A program made the translations under genes and the position numbers. This document shows positions 21,171 through 28,961 of a DNA stretch of 38,510 nt, one piece after another; position 1 is the stretch's first letter; every line of letters begins with the position of its first letter. The notes under the pieces were generated by a model. It was given only the letters and a program-made list of their open reading frames with translations, ran no database searches and had not been told where the DNA came from. Source of the stretch: Verrucomicrobiales bacterium (GTDB lineage: Bacteria; Verrucomicrobiota; Verrucomicrobiia; Verrucomicrobiales; V1-33); NCBI GenBank assembly GCA_031411295.1, contig JANOAV010000045.1, forward strand, positions 1-38,510, read 5' to 3'.

Positions 21171-21692
21171 TTAGGCGCTGCGGCGGCGTTTGGAGACGGC
21201 CACGAGGCCGACGAGCCCAGCCAGCAGTGAAGCCGATGGCTCAGGCACAGGTGATTGCACGACGCCCGTGAATTCGTTGCCACCGACATCGAAGGCCGAG
21301 TAAGTCACATTTCCCGGGGCCAGAGGGCTATTGAATTGGAACGGAGCCACGGTGGTCCCAGTGCCAAATGTTTGGGCTGTGAAGATACTGCTATCCTCAT
21401 TCAGATTCAGCACCCCCTGACTGGGATCGAAGGTGAGATCGAAGCCGATTGGTGCCATAATTCCCACCACAGCGCTGGCTGGGTTGGCCGGAATGGTGAC
21501 CAGGATGAGATCCATCGGTTCCGTGTTTTGCACAGAGTAGGAATATTGATAAAGGCTGGTGCCGATATTGAAACTGACGTTGCTGGTAATGAAGACCGCG
21601 GCTTGTGAGTGCTCGGTTAGAGCAGCTCCCGTAAGTAATCCCAGCGCAAGAAGACACGCCGTGGAACGTTGGTGGATTGTGTTAGTTTTCAT
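21171..21692 (-). CDS. PEP-CTERM sorting domain protein
   Basis: Signal peptide (..HSQA/AV) and C-terminal VPEPSASLLAGLVGLVAVSKRRRSA. Confidence 0.92.
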   Translation of the reverse strand: MKTNTIHQRSTACLLALGLLTGAALTEHSQAAVFITSNVSFNIGTSLYQYSYSVQNTEPMDLILVTIPANPASAVVGIMAPIGFDLTFDPSQGVLNLNEDSSIFTAQTFGTGTTVAPFQFNSPLAPGNVTYSAFDVGGNEFTGVVQSPVPEPSASLLAGLVGLVAVSKRRRSA

Positions 21693-21726
21693 GATTTGGA
21701 AAGGGGCAACCGTGCCCAGTTCCGTT

Positions 21727-21755
21727 CCAACGGGAACCTCCCTTCCCTGGATGCA
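21727..21755 (-). promoter_or_regulatory. Candidate ECF-sigma promoter for the PEP-CTERM/DUF4331 operon
   Basis: Minus strand reads TGCATCC-N16-CGTTGG about 35 nt upstream of the ATG. It overlaps an inverted repeat TGCAAAAC-N12-GTTTTGCA (21752-21779). Confidence 0.3.
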
Positions 21756-21841
21756 AAACAGTCTAAAAATAGTTTTGCAGGAGAAAACAAAGTTGCTGCA
21801 CCCCAGCGTTCATGCCGCCAGCGACCTTAATGATACTCAGG

Positions 21842-23917
21842 TTATTTCACCCTTAGATCATCCAAAAATTCCGACGCCACCCCACCGCTTGTAACCAGAA
21901 GAAAATCCCTTGCCCGCGTGCAGGCCACATAGAGCAGATGTCGCTCCGTGTCATAGACCTCTTGGAGATCAGCATCATCGCCCACTGATTCGATTCTTTC
22001 CTGCAACGGAAGAATTTCGTCATCGCACGCCATTACTGCTACCGCTCGGAATTCCAAACCCTTTGCTAGGTGCATGGTGCAAATGGAAACGTGATCACTT
22101 GTCGTTTCCACATGATCGTCCAAAACCTTTAACTTTAATCCCGCCGCTTCCACCGCTTGTTTCGCACGGTTTAGTTGATCCTCCGTGCGCACAAAGATAC
22201 CGAACTCATGGGCCAGGACTCCTTCTTTCTTCAACCCCGTCATCCAGTTTCCTACTGCCTTTATTTCCTCAATCTCTGTCTTCGTCGTCAGGATGAGTGG
22301 CGGGGTGCCGTTGAAGACAGAAATAGTATCACTTCGGTCCTCCTTGTTTCCGTCCACATCCGTTACCTCCGGTCCCAGCAAACGATCCGCCTGTTGGCGT
22401 ATCTGGTGGGAAGTTCGGTAATTGATGCGCAGATTGCGAGACCTCCCACGAATGTCCACGCCCAATGATTTCCAAGAGAATGGCTGTTGAAAGATCCGTT
22501 GCCCCAAGTCCCCAGCGAAGAACAAGGCATTCGGTTTGGAACCGCCCAGCGCAGCGAAGAATCGCAACTGGGCGATACTGATGTCCTGAGCTTCATCAAC
22601 AACCGCAAAATCAAATGCAGGAACCTTGCCCTGCTTCACATCATTCGCTAGTGCTGTGAACAAGCCCGCAATCGTCAAAAGCTTCCGTTCCTTTAGCTTT
22701 TGAAGCACTATTTCGAAGATTGACCACAGAATCGCACGTTGTGGTTCTGGCAGCCGGGTCTTGCGTCCCAGTCGGGCCACGTCGCGATAGGATTCCCAGG
22801 TTGTTAGCTGCCACGCATCCACCACCTGATCCCATTCGGTAAACAAAAACTGGGCGCTGAATTTGTGCCCGCCAATTTCCTTTGATGCCTCCTTCAGTAA
22901 TTCCTTTAGAGTCTTCCTATCCACCAATTTGGCGGCTCCGTGATGGGCTTTATATAGACGCATCCCCAGAGAATCGAGAGAATGAACATCAATTCGCTCA
23001 GCCAGTCGAGGCTCGTTACCGATCAATCGGTTCAGCTTCGTTTGCAACGCGTGGGCCAGCGTGTCAGAAAAGGTCGTCAGGAGCACGCGGCCATCACTGT
23101 CGGACTTGGCCAGATAAACCGCTCGGTGCAGGGCCACAATGGTCTTTCCGGTGCCTGCCGACCCGGAAACTCTGGCAGGGCCGGAGTAATTTCGCTCCAC
23201 CCACTGCTGTTGCTCAGGATGAAGGAAAATCGTCCACTTTTCCCACGGAAAATCTAGTGCTCGCTGGAGTTCCTCCACATTAGACATCACGCGGAAACGC
23301 CGTTGCGCATCGGGGTGGTCGAATGGGTTGGAATCTGGAGTAGCGGGTTTCGGGATAGACGGCTTCCCTCCAGTAGCCAATTCCAAAAGTGCGTCTGCTG
23401 CCTCCTGCGGTAAATGTTCAATCAACGCCCACAGGGTTTGATCTGTGGCCTTGCGAACATCTGGAATCCAGTCTGTGGGCACGCCGTAGCTGAGAAGTTC
23501 GTCTTCCTTGATCCCGGCAAACAGCGGCTTGGCGGCAGGTAGCGGCATCTCCGCTTGAACATAGATCGGCACCATCACCTCCTGAACCGTCTCCTTGATC
23601 TCCACCAACTGCGCGGCCCCCGTCTTGGGGTGCGTTTCCAGTTTCCTCCGTGCCGCCCAGTGGTATGCCTTGTCGTGATGATCCACATAGCAGAGCAGCA
23701 GGCTTCCCGCCGTCTTGTGCACAATGATGCGAATGTCCGCATTCACTCGCACCGACCAGAAATGCTTATCCTTTGCCTTATCCAGCTTGTGGAAACTCAT
23801 CCCTGGATTCGCAGGGTTTAGCTGAAGATCGAAGGCCGTTGTCTTGGCAGACTTTTGCTCATCGCCTGTGAGTTTAGCGAGACTGTCAGTGAATGTGTAG
23901 GAGATGCGGAAATCCAT
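21842..23917 (-). CDS. UvrD/Rep-like SF1 helicase with N-terminal RelE/ParE-like domain
   Basis: Walker A GSAGTGKT, VVDEAQD, AGDLGQRIF, NYRT, TMHLAKGLEF, LLYVACTRARD. The first ~90 aa (F.DSL.KL...WSVRVN.DIRII...YVDHHD..Y) have a RelE-like pattern. Confidence 0.9.
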   Translation of the reverse strand: MDFRISYTFTDSLAKLTGDEQKSAKTTAFDLQLNPANPGMSFHKLDKAKDKHFWSVRVNADIRIIVHKTAGSLLLCYVDHHDKAYHWAARRKLETHPKTGAAQLVEIKETVQEVMVPIYVQAEMPLPAAKPLFAGIKEDELLSYGVPTDWIPDVRKATDQTLWALIEHLPQEAADALLELATGGKPSIPKPATPDSNPFDHPDAQRRFRVMSNVEELQRALDFPWEKWTIFLHPEQQQWVERNYSGPARVSGSAGTGKTIVALHRAVYLAKSDSDGRVLLTTFSDTLAHALQTKLNRLIGNEPRLAERIDVHSLDSLGMRLYKAHHGAAKLVDRKTLKELLKEASKEIGGHKFSAQFLFTEWDQVVDAWQLTTWESYRDVARLGRKTRLPEPQRAILWSIFEIVLQKLKERKLLTIAGLFTALANDVKQGKVPAFDFAVVDEAQDISIAQLRFFAALGGSKPNALFFAGDLGQRIFQQPFSWKSLGVDIRGRSRNLRINYRTSHQIRQQADRLLGPEVTDVDGNKEDRSDTISVFNGTPPLILTTKTEIEEIKAVGNWMTGLKKEGVLAHEFGIFVRTEDQLNRAKQAVEAAGLKLKVLDDHVETTSDHVSICTMHLAKGLEFRAVAVMACDDEILPLQERIESVGDDADLQEVYDTERHLLYVACTRARDFLLVTSGGVASEFLDDLRVK

Positions 23918-23982
23918 TTTCTACTCGTGAATTAGATGAAACCAAACATTACTAGGCATGCAATCGAGGACTCGAAATTGGG

Positions 23983-25092
23983 TCACAACGCATTGATCCA
24001 CACTTGGGTCTCCGTTTGGTTCCCAGGGCAAGCGACTATCTTAAAGAATTGTTTCAAATATCTCACAGCTTCTGCGGGACATTCCAATTGCAGGCAGCCC
24101 AAATAGCCAGATCCCCCTTGATTGCGAGTTTCCCCTCCCAAAGCGGGACGCCATCGTGGATCCGTGGTGACATCAATCCCGATTTTCAACAAATCCTGAA
24201 TCAAATTGCGCGCGTGGCCCTTCCTGGCCTGCGCTTTGAAATCAATCCCTCCGTGACTCCTGCTAATCCAAGCGAGGTTCCAGCGGGAATCCGTGCTCTC
24301 TCTAATGGTGAATGCCTCATCGCGTTCCAACTGTTGATAGAGATAAAGGGGTCCACCCTCCATCTGCTCTGCTTGAGGTGGCGTTTTCTTGACCGCCCGA
24401 ACAGCGTTTTTGGGAAGTCGCTGGTTTGCGGTCTCGGTGCTAACGTCGCTCTTTGAGATTTCCCACTTTTGCAGCCAGGCAAAGCACGCCATATCTACAT
24501 CCGCAGCCGTCCACTGGCTCTGACCAGGGGGCTGTGATAATTCTGGTTGTCCGTTAGTCTCAGGGGCTCCAACCAAATAATCACCAAGTTTGACCCCAGC
24601 ATGCGTGAGTTCCCCCGCCACTTCTTGGCAGAAACGGCAGTATGCGAGAAACACATCACACCGTGAACCCGAGTAATTTATTGAGTTCAGGAATTGTTCC
24701 ACAATGCTGTCGTAAACTCCACAGAGGTTAGGAGCCATCATCCTGAGATGTTTCGATGAATAGGAAAAGCTGCCCAATCCGGAAATCGACTGCAAAGCGG
24801 CAAGTGCCAGTAGGACTTCTCCTGCCTGCAAATATTTGCCAACTTTGTTAAAACCATCGAGAACGGTTGCATCTGGCGTTTGTGCTATTCGCCAGGGAAC
24901 TCGATTCCCAGTTCTGCCGCCCCAGCCACACACCTTAGCAGTAAACTGACGAACATCTGCAATTTGTCCTAAAGTTAAGGATTTTCCAGCAGCCTCGACG
25001 GCTCGGGTGCCAGGCACTTGTTTCAGATGCTGGAAGTGGTAATACTGGAATGCTCGGTGGCTAAGAGGGAAGGAGTTTTTGGGTAATGTCAT
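23983..25092 (-). CDS. Hypothetical protein; N-terminal HhH/OGG-like DNA glycosylase-like domain plus unknown C-terminal domain
   Basis: VCGWGG...LQSISGLGSFSYSSKHLRMMAP..CGVYDSIV...YCRFC...WTAADVDMACFAW matches the pattern of OGG-like helix-hairpin-helix proteins. A linker separates it from a ~120-aa unassigned domain. Confidence 0.6.
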   Translation of the reverse strand: MTLPKNSFPLSHRAFQYYHFQHLKQVPGTRAVEAAGKSLTLGQIADVRQFTAKVCGWGGRTGNRVPWRIAQTPDATVLDGFNKVGKYLQAGEVLLALAALQSISGLGSFSYSSKHLRMMAPNLCGVYDSIVEQFLNSINYSGSRCDVFLAYCRFCQEVAGELTHAGVKLGDYLVGAPETNGQPELSQPPGQSQWTAADVDMACFAWLQKWEISKSDVSTETANQRLPKNAVRAVKKTPPQAEQMEGGPLYLYQQLERDEAFTIRESTDSRWNLAWISRSHGGIDFKAQARKGHARNLIQDLLKIGIDVTTDPRWRPALGGETRNQGGSGYLGCLQLECPAEAVRYLKQFFKIVACPGNQTETQVWINAL

Positions 25093-25132
25093 GGCTGGAT
25101 CGAATTAATTTCCCCTATTATACACGAAACAT

Positions 25133-25756
25133 TTATGACTTCTGTTTTTGCCGGGAGGGCCAGTAATAATGGACTGGCTTGAGCCAATAAGCGGACGGAT
25201 CCTGCTCGCTTGTCAGACGATTCTTGCTAAGATCAATCGTCCATCTGCCCTCAAATCCCTCCCGAGCAGCTATCGCAGCTAAGGCAGCATCTCGTTCGTG
25301 TTCCGCTTTCACCTTCCCATCAAAGTCTAACTGATATTTCTCACAAACTTTGTCCCAAGAGGGGGAATCAATGGCTACCAATAGCGCCTTCGGATGGCTT
25401 TCTGTGACGGGCACATCCGGGTATTTCTCGCGCATTCGCTCCACGAAAAGTGCCCCTTGGACCAGCGCTGACCCTCTCAATGAGTTTGCCGTCTGGACTT
25501 GTCCTCCGGACAGCCCATAAGTCTCCCGAATCCATTGGTCAGCGCGACGGTCGCTGGAGCGGCCTGAACACCACCAAAGTGGAGCATCTACCCCAATCCC
25601 AGCTGGGGTTGTTTTACTGATCACGCTGCAAACGAACTGCACAGCGGCATCCGTATGGTCGACACATTTTGTGATAACCTGCCCACCCTGTAGAATTGCC
25701 ACTCCAAAATTCCCCAGACCGCCGGGGTCTGCTCCAATCCAGATTTTACCTGTCAT
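25133..25756 (-). CDS. DUF429-like predicted RNase H-fold nuclease
   Basis: WIGADPGG, GIGVDAPL, RRAD, VTESHPKA, HERDAALAA motifs. Confidence 0.85.
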   Translation of the reverse strand: MTGKIWIGADPGGLGNFGVAILQGGQVITKCVDHTDAAVQFVCSVISKTTPAGIGVDAPLWWCSGRSSDRRADQWIRETYGLSGGQVQTANSLRGSALVQGALFVERMREKYPDVPVTESHPKALLVAIDSPSWDKVCEKYQLDFDGKVKAEHERDAALAAIAAREGFEGRWTIDLSKNRLTSEQDPSAYWLKPVHYYWPSRQKQKS

Positions 25757-25786
25757 AATTTGCGTTGGTTATATGTTTTCTTGATT

Positions 25787-26512
25787 TCAAATCACCGACA
25801 CTGTTTCAGCATCCGAAGCCAATTTGCAATCCGCCCAGCCCACACCCAATTTGATTTCCCCCACCTGAGCAAAAGACATCCGATCTCGGGTGGCTGGAAT
25901 TCCCAGTGCTTGGCAGAAACGCTCAAACATCTCAAAACTCTTGGAGGGAGAAAGAAAGGCCTGAACCACGAACGCAGCGTTCTGGAGTCCGAACCGCCGT
26001 GCTTCGATCACAGATGCAGCGCAGCGCTGAAGTATTTGATAAGGAATCGCATCATAGGCACCGTCAATGCCAGCAGGAAGGCACTCCAAAAGATGGCACT
26101 TCCGGATAGTTCTGTTGGCTTTTGAACCTTTGGAAGTGCCGGAATTTAACCAATCAGCCAGAGTTTCGTTACCCTCACCAAATGACTCTTGGGCTTTCGC
26201 TTCGACCGCGAGGGAGACCGTTCCAACCGCTGTCCGGACCAACGCCCAGACATCGCATTGAGATGCTCCGCCAGTTCCCTCCAGCGGCACCTTGTGTTCC
26301 GCAACGCCCAGCAGCAATTCACCTTCGCCAAATTCTGAGTGGGCAAACAGGCTGGCAATTGGTTCGGGAAGTCCGGAAGCAGATTTTGCCGCCAGCTCCC
26401 AAGACACTGCTGTTTCCATGGCAGACGCCCCTTTTTTCCAGTGCTTCTCAGGATCACCTAGACGCATGCGCCAATCGTGAATGCTGCGGGTGGCGGTGTG
26501 TAACTTGGGCAT
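25787..26512 (-). CDS. DUF6946-like protein (PD-(D/E)XK-type nuclease fold)
   Basis: W...L.DPEKHWKKGASAMETA..W, EHKVPL...SQCDVW, AVEAKAQESFG, YQILQRCA. Confidence 0.75.
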   Translation of the reverse strand: MPKLHTATRSIHDWRMRLGDPEKHWKKGASAMETAVSWELAAKSASGLPEPIASLFAHSEFGEGELLLGVAEHKVPLEGTGGASQCDVWALVRTAVGTVSLAVEAKAQESFGEGNETLADWLNSGTSKGSKANRTIRKCHLLECLPAGIDGAYDAIPYQILQRCAASVIEARRFGLQNAAFVVQAFLSPSKSFEMFERFCQALGIPATRDRMSFAQVGEIKLGVGWADCKLASDAETVSVI

Positions 26513-26544
26513 CTTCTGTTGCGGATGAGTATTGGGAAATTTGC

Positions 26545-27549
26545 CTATGCGGCTGCCTCAGCCTCCAGGGCATCAATAACCGCCTGGGCTGAACGAAGGA
26601 CGCCAACTGTTTTATCCATGTCAATCAACCCATTGCCGTCCACTATGCGGAATTCCTGATCTAAAAGTGCCACGGTCATGTAAGTGCCGCTTCCGAATCT
26701 TCCTGGTCGCGTCACTGGCAATCCGAGTTCCTTACACTTGGTGGAAACTGCATGGTGCCAGTGATCGCGCAATTCCTTGCGATTAGCAGTGCCCTCGACT
26801 GCAATTTTGAAGCAGAACCGTTCCTGTTCCAGTTGCAGATAAATCTCGCAATCCTTCACTTCATTGAAATGCCACCAAAAACCGAGGAATCCTCCCCCGG
26901 CATTCGGCACGTAATCCCATGCCCCCTCGCCAAGAAGGCGTTGCACGTGGCTATAAAATCCCTTCCACGAGTTCCAAGTCCATTCAGCCAATGGAAACTT
27001 CAGGTAACTCATCACATCATCTTCCATGTGCCTCACATGAGAGCTAAAGCTTCGCAACAGATCACTCTCTGCCTTCGCTTCTGCCGCCTGTTTTGATTCC
27101 AACACGGTCAGCAGATCGGACCGATTGATGACGTGATAACCATGCTTGGCTACCTCCGCATAGTTGCTTTCATCCCCTGTTTGAATGTAAACGGGGATCA
27201 TATGATGCGGCAAGAATCCCAACTCCGTCGACACATGGTCCTTGTAGCGCGGTAACTGCTCTGAATGCTGTTTGGTCCCCACCTTGTCCTCGATGATGAT
27301 GGCACAGTCTCCATTAACGACACAAAGGATGTCGATGCCGGAAACCTGCTTTCGGACCTCCACACTGGTTATTTTGGATGGTTTTGGAACACCTGCTTTG
27401 GCGTAAATGAGTCCCAGCAGATCAGTTCCAACGCGATGCAATTTGGTGCTATCGGCCAGATGCTCTGGTTTGGCCCAGGCCAACAGCCAGCAAAGAGCAG
27501 CATCTTGAGAGAGTTCGGACGTGGCGAAGTGGAATATGTTGGGTGGCAT
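26545..27549 (-). CDS. PD-(D/E)XK nuclease family protein (PDDEXK_4-like)
   Basis: NIFHFATSELSQDAALCWLL, IDIL...IIIEDKV...EQLPRY, WDYVPNAGGGFLGFWW. Confidence 0.85.
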   Translation of the reverse strand: MPPNIFHFATSELSQDAALCWLLAWAKPEHLADSTKLHRVGTDLLGLIYAKAGVPKPSKITSVEVRKQVSGIDILCVVNGDCAIIIEDKVGTKQHSEQLPRYKDHVSTELGFLPHHMIPVYIQTGDESNYAEVAKHGYHVINRSDLLTVLESKQAAEAKAESDLLRSFSSHVRHMEDDVMSYLKFPLAEWTWNSWKGFYSHVQRLLGEGAWDYVPNAGGGFLGFWWHFNEVKDCEIYLQLEQERFCFKIAVEGTANRKELRDHWHHAVSTKCKELGLPVTRPGRFGSGTYMTVALLDQEFRIVDGNGLIDMDKTVGVLRSAQAVIDALEAEAAA

Positions 27550-27800
27550 GAGTTAGATTAGAATTAGATGTAATTCTATCACTCACCAAGGCCATGCCAG
27601 CAAGTCAACGACGTATCGCATCCCCTAACCATGTAACCGCCACGCTATCCCTTTGGTTTAGCTTCGTCCTTGGGAGGATCTAAAAACATGCGCGCATCAA
27701 TGGTGGGCATTTCAAATGGACCGTGCTTCGACCTCGCAGTCAATTGCCTTTGATTGATCCTGCCGCGCCATCAACGGAAACGAGCAGACCGGAATTTGTC

Positions 27801-28076
27801 TCACAGCCAAGACGCAATCATACCGCTCCTTCTTGTTTGAGAAAATTCCCAAAAGCGGTGTGTTCGTGCTGTCTTGTGCACTATGATGCGAATGTCCGCA
27901 TTCACTCGGACTGACCAGAAATGCTTGTCCTTGGCCTTATCCAGCTTGTGGAAACTCATTCCTGGATTCGCTGGGTTTAACTGGAGATCGAAGGCCGTTG
28001 TCTTGGCAGATTTTTGCTCGTCGCCGGTTAGGCGAGCGAGGCTGTCGGTGAAAGTATCTGCAATGCGGAAGTCCAT
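27801..28076 (-). pseudogene. Truncated 5' copy of the RelE-like/UvrD helicase gene
   Basis: First 70 codons (27867-28076) match 23708-23917 at 67/70 aa and about 87% nt by hand count, then run into unrelated sequence and stop at 27801. Confidence 0.85.
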
Positions 28077-28078
28077 AA

Positions 28079-28930
28079 TCAATGTGAGATATCCTCCTTG
28101 AACACTTCTAGAACAAGTCTCCTCAATTCTCGATCACGTTGCCCGGGATCACGCAGTTTAACTAAACTCTCAGGGTCGGTTATCTTCTTTCCGTGAACGT
28201 CTTCACATACCCCAAGAAGGCGATCCCAATACTCCCCGCGATACTGGTGTTGATTGGAATTTGGCTCATGATCGAATTCGATTCTGAGAAGCCCGCTTGA
28301 TGAACCAACATCGCCCCGTCGCGAAAGATACTCAAAGACAAAAGTTGAGTATCTGCATCCGACAAGAGTGCATTGGTAGTTTGTTTGGTAGCGATCTCGC
28401 GGATGGCTAATCGTTTCGCCGTTCAAAACCAGCACCGAGCCTCGCATGGAGATCTGAGATAGCCCATAGACAACCTCGCCATCCCCATCGCGCTTCTGTT
28501 GTTCCGAGCGTTCCAACCATAGGCCAAGAACATGGCTGTCATATGCTTCTTGAACGCCGAGAGCTGCCATAATTGAACCTGCAGCATCTCGGATCGGAAC
28601 AGTTGCAACTACACTGACCGCAAGACCACCCAACAGAAGACCACCAAGAACCTCAATAGACGCGGCAAGACGGAACCAACCAGTTGGCAACACGTCTCCG
28701 TAACCCAATGTTGTTGCCGTTACGATGCTGAAATAGCAGGCATCCCAAGGATTCTCGATTTCTCGCTCACCGGATTTCAAATTGGAATCTGCGGATTTGG
28801 GGATGAACCAGTAAGCGATCGTGAAGATGATGATCCAACCTGCGAAAAGCAGTGCAATTTTCCGAACACTCAATGATTCAATGAGAGTTTTAAACTTTGG
28901 ACGAGAACGTGACTTTGATTTCATGAACAA
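28079..28930 (-). CDS. Two-TM potassium-channel-pore protein (Ion_trans_2-like) with C-terminal beta-rich soluble domain
   Basis: TM1, pore helix and filter YFSIVTATTLGYGDVLP, TM2 (RLAASIEVLGGLLLGGLAVS), followed by a ~130-aa beta-strand-rich domain. Confidence 0.85.
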   Translation of the reverse strand: MFMKSKSRSRPKFKTLIESLSVRKIALLFAGWIIIFTIAYWFIPKSADSNLKSGEREIENPWDACYFSIVTATTLGYGDVLPTGWFRLAASIEVLGGLLLGGLAVSVVATVPIRDAAGSIMAALGVQEAYDSHVLGLWLERSEQQKRDGDGEVVYGLSQISMRGSVLVLNGETISHPRDRYQTNYQCTLVGCRYSTFVFEYLSRRGDVGSSSGLLRIEFDHEPNSNQHQYRGEYWDRLLGVCEDVHGKKITDPESLVKLRDPGQRDRELRRLVLEVFKEDISH

Positions 28931-28961
28931 TAGGTTTCCTAATCACTCGCGAATGAACACC

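Noticed and set aside
21780..21845. Left attachment site of the defence island
   Set aside because: Gene content changes here, but no tRNA, integrase or matching repeat could be found within the window.
23920..27800. Integron cassette array
   Set aside because: Intergenic gaps of 30-65 bp show no RYYYAAC...GTTRRRY attC structure, and no integron integrase is present.
27820..27862. Palindrome at the helicase-stub breakpoint equivalent to the 13-7-13 site
   Set aside because: Only 6-bp arms (ACCGCT/AGCGGT) with no sequence similarity to 36920-36952.
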